A DNA stretch of 63,373 nucleotides, the filler included, from Lenisia limosa (lineage: Eukaryota > Protista > Breviatea): assembly GCA_001655205.1 (NCBI GenBank). It is 11 parts of 11 records of this genome, joined end to end, with 100 filler letters (N's around TTAATTAATTAA, not from the genome) between each part and the next. Parts side by side here need not be neighbours in the genome. Positions count along the whole stretch, not along the records: positions 22,306 to 43,638 come from LPNZ01008021.1; 10 more parts are not named here. One strand, given 5' to 3'. The position numbers were made by a program, and so were the translations under genes. Shown here piece after piece: positions 26,700-38,000 of the stretch (its first letter is position 1; each line of letters opens with the position of its first letter). A model generated the notes under the pieces. That model made no database searches. It was not told the DNA's origin and saw nothing but the letters and a program-made list of their open reading frames with translations.

Positions 26700-28410
26700 A
26701 CAGCTCTCACACCCCGCAGATGACTGTCCTTTGGTGACATCCCACCAACAATAGCAAGCCCCCCCCTCAGGTCCAGCCCGTGCTTCAGTAGGCACTGCAG
26801 CCTCAACTCAACAACAGGCCCAGGCCCAGCTGCCTCCCATTCAGCCTCTCAACAACCCCTGCAACAAGCCCCCCTTCTCAGGTCCAGGTTCTTCAAGAGC
26901 AGTACTCCGAGCTCACCCTGCTGCTCACCCGCCTCCTCAAGAAGAGCGCTTCAGCAAGGGCTCCGACGAGGCTAATGAGGAGGTTATTCAGCATCGCCTT
27001 GCCAACCCTATTGCTCTTCAGAGGGTCATTAAACAAGCGGCCAAAAACGCCACCTCGCTTGCCACCAAGGCTTTCCTTAACATTGCCCTTGAGTGCCTCA
27101 AGAAGCCCTTCGAGAAGCGTAGGATGACGCACCTCTTCGCAGACATCTTCGCAGTCCACGCCGTAGCCTCCGAAGGCGAGCTCGCGTCCGTCGCCACCAT
27201 CGGCATCCATTCGGTAAGGGACATGGAGCGTTTCAAGAACCAGGTGTCACAACTGGCGCTCCGCACCAAGTCCCATCCCCCCCGTCCTCTCCCTGATCGA
27301 GAAAAAAGGTCTATCCTCAATCACACTTTCCCGCACCGCGCGCAACAGGTTAGAGAGCCTTCGGGCTTTCCTTACCGCGCCCTAGTGGTCATCACAACTC
27401 GAAATCTCCACCGACATTTCGGATCAGACATTTGCACCGACGCGGCCGGTTCAGGCCGCACCGGCGGTGTGCTGTTCAAAAGCGGTATCCCCACGAGATT
27501 TTTCACCTCCACTACACCACCTGAATAGCCAATCCACACGGCCGAGGACATCGCTGTCCTCCAGGCTCTCACGCTGTTGCTCCCATCCTCTGCAACTCGC
27601 ACGTCGCCCTTGGCTGCGATAACCAAGCGATAGTCGCGTCATGGCGCCAACGTCTGTCCAGGCACACCAAGACTGATGATATCATCCATCAGATAAACAA
27701 CCTCGCCGTAAAACACAGAATCTCCCTGGAAATCAAGTGGATTCCCACCGAAAAGAACACCATTGCCGACCATTTATCTCGGAGTAACATCCCACACCCT
27801 GACTTAATCAGGGCCACCTCGGACATTGTCCACCAGCAACATGCCTCCCCGGATCTTCGCTGCCCATCATCACGCCCCCTCAAGCCTGCTCGCTCGCCCT
27901 CGCAACGCATTTCCCCCTCGTCACACCTCCCACCAGCGCTGGAAAGCCTGGTCCCTCACGAAGCCCGTAACTTTCTGGCCGCCGTTTCCTCCGACATCGC
28001 TAAGGTCTCCATCACCTCGTCCACACTGAAGTACCAGGGTATCGCCCGAAGGTACGAGGCGCTGTGTTCCGCTGTGTTCCGCCCTCTGTATTTCGGCTTT
28101 CCTACAAAAGGCACACCCAAGGCCGCCCCGCCCGACCGATCCACATTTCCTCCGGCCTCCTCGACCAACTCTTGGCAGCCTCCCGCGTTCGCCTCCTCTT
28201 CCTTGGTGCTCCCAAAAACCGCAAGGAGTTTTCCCCGTCACGCTTCTCCACTGTGGCCGACGTCCGCGTCGTTGCCTCAGGCGTCCCAGGTTTTCCAACG
28301 TTGGACTAAAACGGATAAGTCCGCACCATTCATCATCCTCCTCCCAGCCAACCCTAACTCTAGCTCGGGCTTCCCCGCCATATACATACCTTTGACTAGT
28401 GGCTAAGCAT
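26700..28410 (+). mobile_element. Degenerate DIRS-type tyrosine-recombinase retrotransposon (gag-like ORF, RNase H, truncated YR; RT not visible)
   Basis: GC-rich and intronless. RNase H motifs CTDAAGSG, HTAEDIAVLQAL, GCDNQAIV and WIPTEKNTIADHLSR, followed by YR-like STLKYQGIARRYEALC, RLLFLGA and KTD, with stops and frameshifts. Confidence 0.8.
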
Positions 28411-28499
28411 CTCTTTGCCCTATGAAATCTCTGATACCCTCGCAACTTTCCATCGGTTATTTGTGTCGAGAGTTGTTTTCATAATGGAGTGTCATGTCT

Positions 28500-30129
28500 G
28501 TCACATTGATTTGGGCCCTTGGGCCCGGGTACTGTATAAAAGAGGGGCACCCCAGGCCAGCAAGCAAAAAAACAAAAAAAACAAAAAGCAGTATAAAACT
28601 GTGGGGAAAATTGGAAAATTTATGAAACAAAAATTGCCCAAATAGAATGGGGGGGNNNNNNNNNNNNNNNNNNNNNNNNNNNNNNNNNNNNNNNNNNNNN
28701 NNNNNNNNNNNNNNNNNNNNNNNNNNNNNNNNNNNNNNNNNNNNNNNNNNNNNNNNNNGCCAGCGCCCTTATACCCCATGAAAATATTATTATACCTACA
28801 ACCCTTTACCCTCCCAAAAAAAAAGAAAAAAAAAAAGAAAAAAAAAGAAAGAAAAGCACAAAGCATCATCCCAAATACAGTCATTATCCAATAGGCAGGT
28901 CTTGACAGCATCACAAGATGGGCCACTTATGTCGGCACTAAAGCCGCACTGAAGGGGAGTGATGAGGAGGGGGAGATTGGACAATTTACGAAACAAAAAG
29001 GATGATGCTGTTAAAGATGCCGAGGATGATGAAAGTGATTGATGTGATGATAATTGGGGTGAGGGTGATTGTAATGATGAAGGGGGNNNNNNNNNNNNNN
29101 NNNNNNNNNNNNNNNNNNNNNNNNNNNNNNNNNNNNNNNNNNNNNNNNNNNNNNNNNNNNNNNNNNNNNNNNNNNNNNNNNNNNNNNNNNNNNNNNNNNN
29201 NNNNNNNNNNNNNNNNNNNGTATGTGGGGTGACGATGCTGAAGATGGTTGTAAATGAAATGATACAAGAAAGGAATTATAATCACAGCCCATATTGAACC
29301 GTCAGTTAAAGTTCGCATGATGAACTGGGAATTAGAAAATAAAATAAGGTTACAAAGCCCAGTAGCACCAGTGATTGTGAACAGAATGTACAACTTTACC
29401 CCACCCCCCCGAAGGTGAGCAATATGAGGTAAAAACTGCCCCACATTTTTTTGATGGATTGCCCTGAGTTCGTCAATTTGCGCTTGAAGTCCTTCAATCT
29501 AATGGTCAAAAAGAGGAAAATACTAAGGGCTCCTGAGATTAATACTGTGAAGAAATTAATTGAAAAATTTAAAAGGAATGTGTCTGAAATGGAGTTTCAT
29601 GGCAATAGGTCTCATTTCAAATTTGCAATAATTAATTTCATGTACCTTAGAAATACTTCAACATTTAAAGCCCCAAGGAACGAGGGAGTGAATATCATTT
29701 ATTGAGCAATGTTAACCCAATATCCACGAACATACCGTTTGTAAGAGATACTCAACATTGACCACTGAAGCGTTGTTGACAGGCTGAAGGCAGCCGGTCC
29801 CTTCTGGCAACCTATGGCAATGATCAGGTATAGTAATGATGAAAATGCTCGGGTATAATCATGACTGGTGATAAAAATTGGGTGAATTACTGAAATTCTG
29901 TTAGCACCATTCACAACAAAACAAAAATTTTCTAACTATTGTAACTCAATGTTTCTTAATCGTTCCATGGAGATAAAATAAGATAGATCTGTTTGACATT
30001 GTCAAGGTGGATAGCTGAAAATGACTCTAAATATGCAAAACGAAATCTTTCAAGTATTTCAGCATACATTACATCTGCAGCAAAGCAGAAGGTGGCAAGA
30101 AATATGAAAAAAACAGCAAAAATGGACAT
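28500..30129 (-). CDS. N-terminal exons of a secreted Cys-containing protein (possibly the same gene as 23643-25957)
   Basis: Signal-peptide-like MSIFAVFFIFLATFCFAADV, then exons LPEGTGCLQPVNNASVVNV (~29820) and CGFSADISGPSCDAVKTCLLDNDC (~28950). Confidence 0.5.
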
Positions 30130-31839
30130 TTCTGCCGGTAAAAGTGGAGATTGTCCAAGGAGATGACTCAGCAATACAGAAATGTTTGTAGATGGCTTGA
30201 ATATGGGAATAGTTTGGGAATATGGAGCACCCGGTTGCCGCACTTCCTCTTTGTCCAAAATCACCGCTGCCGCCGCTGCCCTCCTCTTTTCATCACATAA
30301 AGCCTAGCAGAGTATGTAAATATAGATATAATGTTATAATTGTACTACTGGCTGAAAATCTGTGGATCTGATAAAACAAGTGTGATGACAACGCCAAATA
30401 CGTCACAAGAGAAGATAGAAGAGAGATAAACACAATACAGTATTGATATATAAGCGAATCGAAATGGACGTTGATACTCTGCTGAGAAGGGGAATGTTTG
30501 CTTGGGCTTGGGCTTTTGATTTTTCTATTAAGAAAGGGTGTGTGTGCTTGGGTTGTGTTTCATGTGCTGAGAAGAGGGTGTTTGCTTGAAGCCCAGATAC
30601 CGAGTACGTATTTATGTTACCAGGTTCCCTCGTGTCCAAAAGATGATGACTGAAGATTGCGACTCAGTTGAGATTCAGGAAGCCTTCAGGGTATGCTCCA
30701 TTATGAACCGAAGGGAGTAATGATTGTCAAGTTTTACACATAGTAACGTTTCGTTTTACAAGCAACTTCATGTGTTATATAATTTACCAATAATCAAATA
30801 GCGATGTGCCTTGTTTTTCCTGATGTGTGATGAAGTCTGCCATGTTTGATTGCATATTTTTCTGAGGTCTTTTTTGGTTTATGATTCCTTTATCCGCTAA
30901 TCTTGACAATTTCCTCTTTTCATGCTTTTTAAAAATTGAGAATTACATCAACCTGGTAGTTTCAAAAAAATGTGAGAATGAGGAAAAGCAAGGGAGGTCT
31001 TGTACAGCATTGTACAATTCTTCCATTACAAATAATTTATTTTTACTGTATAATTATTGGAATTATAGAACACCCGCCCACTTCAACATTCTGAAGAGGC
31101 TTTTGCTCCTGCATGGCTGTGAACACGTTGCCATTGTTGTAGTGTGCTTCATAGACAAAGACGGTGAGGAGGAAGAATCGGTGTCATCGAAGTCAGGATC
31201 ATCTTTGAAAACATCATAAAAAAAACCCGAAAAGTAGCTAGTCTTCCACCAGAGATGGTTGTACTTTTTCTTGCGGTGTTGTGCTGGCGTTTAATGAACT
31301 TGGAATGTCAAAAAAAGAGCCAAAAAACCACTTTCACTAAAAGTAGATGTTAGCGCTAACAGCAAATGGCAATGAAAGAGCATGGAAAACTTGAAAAGTG
31401 AGTAGTGTATACTCACATCACTCCCAGGTATCACAAGGTGTCAATCCACCATAAAACGGGCAATGGCAATGTTGGAGGTGTGTACAACTGTCTAAACAAA
31501 GCAACAAGATTCTGAGTAGTCTTAGAACAAAAAAATCAAAATTACTGAAGCATGAAAAGAGGAATTGATTTTGTACTACTTGTTCCTAATGTTATGTTTT
31601 CATATTTACTTTGTTTGTTTTGTTGTTATCNNNNNNNNNNNNNNNNNNNNNNNNNNNNNNNNNNNNNNNNNNNNNNNNNNNNNNNNNNNNNNNNNNNNNN
31701 NNNNNNNNNNNNNNNNNNNNNNNNNNNNNNNNNNNNNNNNNNNNNNNNNNNNNNNNNNNNNNNNNNNNNNNCAAATAGATTCCATTATGTTGTCTGTTTT
31801 TTGAGCCTTGATGACCAGGTTCGCAGTTCCCCTTCTTAG

Positions 31840-34636
31840 ACAGCCTCATTCAGAGTAAAGACGTCGCTACTATTGCCAAAGTGTACGCAAAGTATCGGCC
31901 AAGCTTTGAAAAAGTTGGGGTGAATAGGGTATTTATCTTTTTCTTATTTGTGGTGGTTGTTGATCCATGTTCTAACTATTTATAGGGTTGAGACAATTGG
32001 TACAAATACTAATGCATGAGCTTTTGTTCAGTTAACCTGAGCTTTACTGCAAATAAGTAGTGATGTTCCAGCGGGCAGCAGTACTACTCCATTCGGCTTG
32101 TAGAACCGGCCATTTGCCGACGGTGGAGTATTTCATCCTTGAAGGTCTCGAAGTGGATTGTCTTGATCATGTGGGAAGGCGAAATTGCTTTTTGATAGTA
32201 CAAATGAACGCGTTTCTGGTACTTTGTCCCCCCCCCCTGGTTTTCAAAAAATTGCTCTGATTTCAGGCCCTACATATTGCATATTACTTGCCATTTTACT
32301 TAATGCGGACGGCTTTAGCCAGATACGACCTATTCCCCATCTCTGCAAATGAGGATTGATTCTAGTTAATATCACCGACATCTAACTGGCATGATTCAGA
32401 AGGGTCAAACCGCCCTTCATTACGCTGCTGGCGCGGGAGACATTAATATGGTTAAATTCCTTATTAATCATGGGGCTGATGTCAACCACAATGATTCGGT
32501 GGGAGGGGGGTTTTTTGCTCCACTTACTCTTTTGTTCCTAGTACGTTTTTTTCATGGAGCTCCTACCCCTCCTCCCCTCTCATTGAGAGTTTGTGTTTTC
32601 AGTGGATTTTCCTCTCTCATTATCTACAATATTGTTTCCACATTGTTTCCACCCGGATTCACCAATTACAGGAGCGCTCCACCCCTCTGTATGAAGCAAG
32701 CGGGAGGGGGCAGTCGGACGTTGTGAAGCTTCTCCTCAGCAAAGAAGCCAATGTCAACGTCAAAAACAAGGTTTGTGTAAAGGGCTTCACTTCGGTTCGA
32801 AAAAAGACAGAATTTCTCGATAAATCTTCAAAATTATCGATATTTTACCGGTATTTTTTGAACCGAAGTTAAGCCCTTGTGTGTAGGATGCTCCGAATAA
32901 ACCTTGGAATTATAGAACTAGATCTTCCCTTTTGGCTCCCAAAAAAGACTGAATTCCCGATAAATCTTTGATAAATTCCATAATTAACACGTGTTTTGGA
33001 ATCAAAATTGAATGTCTAGTTAAAAGTTATCATACTATTATTATTTCATCATACCTTTGCGTATTATCAAGATAAAATATTCTGTTTTTTGTTTAATGGG
33101 TAATAAGGCCTTTAGAATGAAGAATCCAGTCTACACGCTGCCTCGAAAGTGGCCCACACTGACGTCATGGAGTACTTGCTAGCGAATGGCGCGGATATCG
33201 AAGCTTCTGCTTTTGTACGCTACCGTTTTGAAGAATAGTTAAGTGACCACGATAAGTTCTGACACGATTGACTAAATTTAACTCAGAGCTTCACTTTATT
33301 TGTCATACAGAAGTGGATAGAGAATTTTGGGTAACCTTCATGAACTTATAGTAACATGATGGGGCTGGCCTGATACATTGTTTCCCATTTCTCTCCATTC
33401 TTTCAATGCCAAAGATCTCATGCAACAGGGACGAACCAGCATTGATATGGCTGTCGATTTTGAACTTGAGAAATCTGTTCGATGTTTAGTCCAACACGGG
33501 GCACTGACAGCTGATAACGTGAGCGGATTTGTTATGGAGAGTAGACTATATTATTGTAAATAATACACAGAATACTACTACATATTATTCCCGTAATATA
33601 CATACTACATAGATGTATATTTATTTGCTTTACTATAATTTTGGTGGATTTTTTCTTGTTCAATTTTTTTTTGTATTTTGTACAGGTTCTTTTTAATTTA
33701 TTTTCTTGTGGTCGAAAAAATGTAAAAAGAGCAGACAAAACAAAGAAATAAACACTCAGATTAATTTGTAACTTACATCAAAAATAATATGACAGATTGT
33801 TTGACATATTTCTTACTTTAATGTGTCTTTTCCCATGCTCTCTTCCGTTCATCCTTCCTTTTCATGCCTCCATGACCTATTTTATTATTTCTCATCTCAG
33901 CATTTCAATCCTTTTTGGTTGCAGGAAGCCTCACATATCCAGGCAGGGAAGCTGCTTTACACCGCCTGTGAGAACGCACACGTGGGTATAGTTTCTTTTT
34001 TGCTTAGAGAAGCGCCATTTTCTGTCAATTGTCTCTGTGACGAGGTGAACTGGGGGGTTGGGGAAGTTTTTGTTTTACTGTGGTTTTTTCAAAGCGGATT
34101 ACTATTGCGNNNNNNNNNNNNNNNNNNNNNNNNNNNNNNNNNNNNNNNNNNNNNNNNNNNNNNNNNNNNNNNNNNNNNNNNNNNNNNNTGCTGTTTTTAG
34201 TCCTTGTATGTCCCCCTCCCCTTCGGGCTTTAACATCACAATCCTCCGACTACCTTCCCTGACCTCCCAGGGGTATCCTATCCACGCCGCCGTCGCCACC
34301 GGCAACATCAACATCGTCAGAGCGGTTATTTTTTCGGGTGCTGACGTGTCACTTCGAAATAAGGTGTGTGAGGGAAATAAGCTGCGTTTGAGGGGTTGGT
34401 GCTTTTACAATGTTTATGGGATATACTGTTTTTGGCAAAAAGCCTATTTCTTGCTATCCTCGAAATTTGTCTTTTTCATAAGTGCCTAAATGCAATTCAA
34501 TTCAAAAAAAGTGTAGTAATATAATTAATAGCCTTTTTTATGAGGCCCTTGACTTGTATTAATGAGACAGGAAGGGAAAACGCCCATGCAAATTGCGGAA
34601 CACTATCAGTTCAACGACATCATCGAAGTCTTATGA
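31840..34636 (+). CDS. Ankyrin-repeat protein (~7 repeats)
   Basis: Exons encode LLHSACRTGHLPTVEYFI, GQTALHYAAGAGDINMVKFLINHGADVN, STPLYEASGRGQSDVVKLLL, SSLHAASKVAHTDVMEYLLANGADIE, GRTSIDMA, LLYTACENAHVGIV, GYPIHAAVATGNINIV and EGKTPMQIA...EVL*. Confidence 0.92.
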
Positions 34637-35027
34637 AGGCGTCCTCACTACGAACAAACTCGCGTGTCTCTCAGATTTAGACCTTTTGATTGTTGAATTG
34701 AGGAAAAGTGTTAGTGTAGCTATGGTGGTTCGAAGTTTGTGACATAAACACTCTTGTTTGCCTTTGTATCTTCTACAATGCAAAATAAAATGTCTCTAAA
34801 ACACTTTATACTTTATATTGTTGGTAGACGGTGTTTGGTACTATTTCTAATATTTAGACCTCACAGATAGGATTATTACTTAAGCCAAAATCAAGAGGTT
34901 TGGTCAACTTTTGCTTGTGAAAAAGGGGTAGGGTTGGGGGTAACATCGGAGGCCTTCTATTTATCAGTGAAACAGTGATATATTCAGAAAAATATTAATA
35001 GAAGGAAGTCATCAAGACTGAGAGAAT

Positions 35028-38000
35028 TCAGAGAACCTGGCCAGACAGGGCGTTGTCCATTGCTACCGAGAAAGACGCTGGGTCATTGAAGGATTCCCAC
35101 GCGGTCGTCACAACAAACCTGAAGGAGATCATTGGGCGAAATGTATTTCAAACGAAAAATTTGGTTAAAACTGGTAAACGATATTATTCAAGAATGTTAA
35201 TCAATTAATCTCACAACTAAGGCCTACCCATCACCCAGCCGAGCCGCATGTGACTTGGCAACAGGGTTGGCGCCAAAAACAGTGGCGTCGGCGTGCAGGC
35301 TTTTGGGGGTAGTCATTGTCAGGCCGTCTGTCGAGTAAGCGGGTATTTTTTTTTTGGAAATTTTTAAAAATTAATTTGAATTGTAATTTTTTTAATATGT
35401 GTAGAATTTTGAGAACAGTATCAGCCTAAAACAATACCACTCGTACCTGAGAGATGGGAGTTGAAAAGGACCTGCGCTCCTGAGTGAACGGTTGCAATGA
35501 CACCCTTGTTTTCTACCTGCAACAGTGACATCATGGTGTAGCTGGTGGGGGGGTAATGTATGAAATAAAAACTAAACCCAAAAATCAACTCTGGTTAGTA
35601 TTTGGCAAACACACAAGGGTTAAACAATCAACTCTATTGGCTGACACTTGAAAAAGGCCTTTTCTGGTCTTACACACAAAAACAGAATTGTATTCACCTC
35701 GATCCATCATGAGAGAGTCCTAGATTTCTTATTTCCTTCTTCAAAAAAGAGTAGAAATCCACCCCCCCCCCCNNNNNNNNNNNNNNNNNNNNNNNNNNNN
35801 NNNNNNNNNNNNNNNNNNNNNNNNNNNNNNNNNNNNNNNNNNNNNNNNNNNNNNNNNNNNNNNNNNNNNNNNNNNNNNNNNNNNNNNNNNAATTATGCCC
35901 CCACCCCACTCACCACAGATTTGAGGTGGGCGTGGAGGTTGCCGTCCCCACGCACAACACCACTACACCAAAATCCGCCAACAACTGTGGTGACCGTAAG
36001 TTTCTCGCTTCCGTTCTACTCAGTGTTAAATAATGGTGATAGTGGCATGATATTGTTTTTTTTTAGTTTGAGTGAAAGATCAAAGGGATCCCACTGACAC
36101 GACGACCAAGCCATGATTGTTCAGTATCAGTACTATTAAATGGTGATAATGATATAATGGTTCAGTCGAAAATAATACATGATCACCCATATCCACGAGC
36201 GATACGTACGATCATATGATATCTCTAGTGGATACTAAATGTATAGATAAGAATATGACAATTCATTATCAGCGTACAATAGGTTTGAGGTCCTCCAGGG
36301 GACGGAATTCAGTGAGATAGTCGGGAAGAAGATAGTCAGAGACACCAAGGAGCTCTCCCACCCATCTATGGGGTGAAACAACGCAAGAACGGGGACAAGT
36401 GGTCCTATAAAATATGCGGAGATTATATACCAAGTCCACAAGCCATTTATCTTGTCTAAAAGGTTGGCATTTTGGGAAAGCGTCTGCGTTAATTCTGTTT
36501 CTGGTTTTCTCTATCACATAATTAATGCCTTTACGCCAATGTTCTTTATCGAAATGTCCTTTACTCCCCCCACCCAGGAGCGTAGAGAACAGCCTCGACG
36601 TTGAGTGCCTTGGCGATGACGAGCATAAACTTAATCTAAACTTGGTGAGGAGAGCTTCACTTTAGTCCGAAAAAGATCGCTAAAAATATAGAGGATTTAT
36701 GAGAAATTCAGTCTTTATTTCGAACCAAAGTGAAGCCCTATTCTTGAGTCAAGTCAGCCGTCTCTGCGCCATCACGTTTATATTTGACCATATGTACCCA
36801 AATAGTCTCCCCCCATACTAAGTAACCTACCCTCAATGCATACTTAAAATAACGTCCTCCCCCACATACCTGGTTAATATCAGCGCCAATTGAAGCAACG
36901 ATGTTGAATGACTCGATATCGTAAGTGCCCATCCAGGTCTGGGGGGGGGGGAGTAAAATTGGAAAATTTATGAAACAAAAAAAGCCCAGAATCAACTCTG
37001 TTGGCTAATAACACAAGCCCAGTCACTTTTGCAGCACCGGGTNNNNNNNNNNNNNNNNNNNNNNNNNNNNNNNNNNNNNNNNNNNNNNNNNNNNNNNNNN
37101 NNNNNNNNNNNNNNNNNNNNNNNNNNNNNNNNNNNNNNAATATTCGGGGAAGACAAGGCTTGAAAACAACAAAACAAACAAAGCAAGGCCATTCACTTCT
37201 ACAACAGCACAAGAAATAAAACTCGGCTGTATCTGGCCGAAGCCGTTCACACCATCACGCTTATAAGAGTAATGCCTAGGGCTTCCCTACGGTCGCAAAG
37301 ACCGTCAAAATCGGGAAATTCAGTCTATTTTGGGACCGTAGGGAAATGACTCACCTTGTCATTTGCCTTATAACTTTATGCACAGCATCACCCAATAGCT
37401 ATATCTGCGAATACTCCCACACCATTTCACAAGGTAAATCCGAATAACCAACATTTTCATACACTCCCCCACCAACGTGTTCAAGGGGAATGACCTTGGA
37501 ACGGTAGTTTGCCTCGAGCTTCAACTTGGTCATTTCCGAGTATTCAGTCAAACGATGGTAGGAATCCTGTAGTGTGAACTTTCTTGAAATAACAGGCATA
37601 ATATGTGAATAAAACAGGGTGGCATCTCTCGCAGGAACCATCCACATCGTCATGCTAATACGAGAGGTTGACGTCTTCATACAATGAACGTCTTACCTTC
37701 CAAGAAGCGGATGTATCAAGAGTTTGACTGTTCACTGGACGAAGAGAATGCTCCTGGAATGAATCAGAAATATGATTCATGAGTAGATATTATGATTTGT
37801 CATTTGGAACAGGTCATGTAAGATCGGATAGATTGAATAACCTCTTATTTTATGAATTAAACTGTTATGCACTTGTTACTTTGAAGTGATTAAATTGAAC
37901 TGTTATGTTTAGTCAGTCAGCTATTTGAAGTTATTAAATTCCCACTTTGAAGTAGGTATCAACGAGCACCATGTAGTCGTAGGAGTCGGTGAATTGAGGG

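Noticed and set aside
30380-31500. Scattered exon-like segments on the minus strand
   Set aside because: I could not build a consistent frame or find homology, so they are not called.
37678-37700. Possible 22-nt micro-intron (GTAAGACGTTCATTGTATGAAG) in the PfpI gene
   Set aside because: It restores a frame, but a longer intron to a downstream AG fits equally well. This cannot be decided without transcripts.
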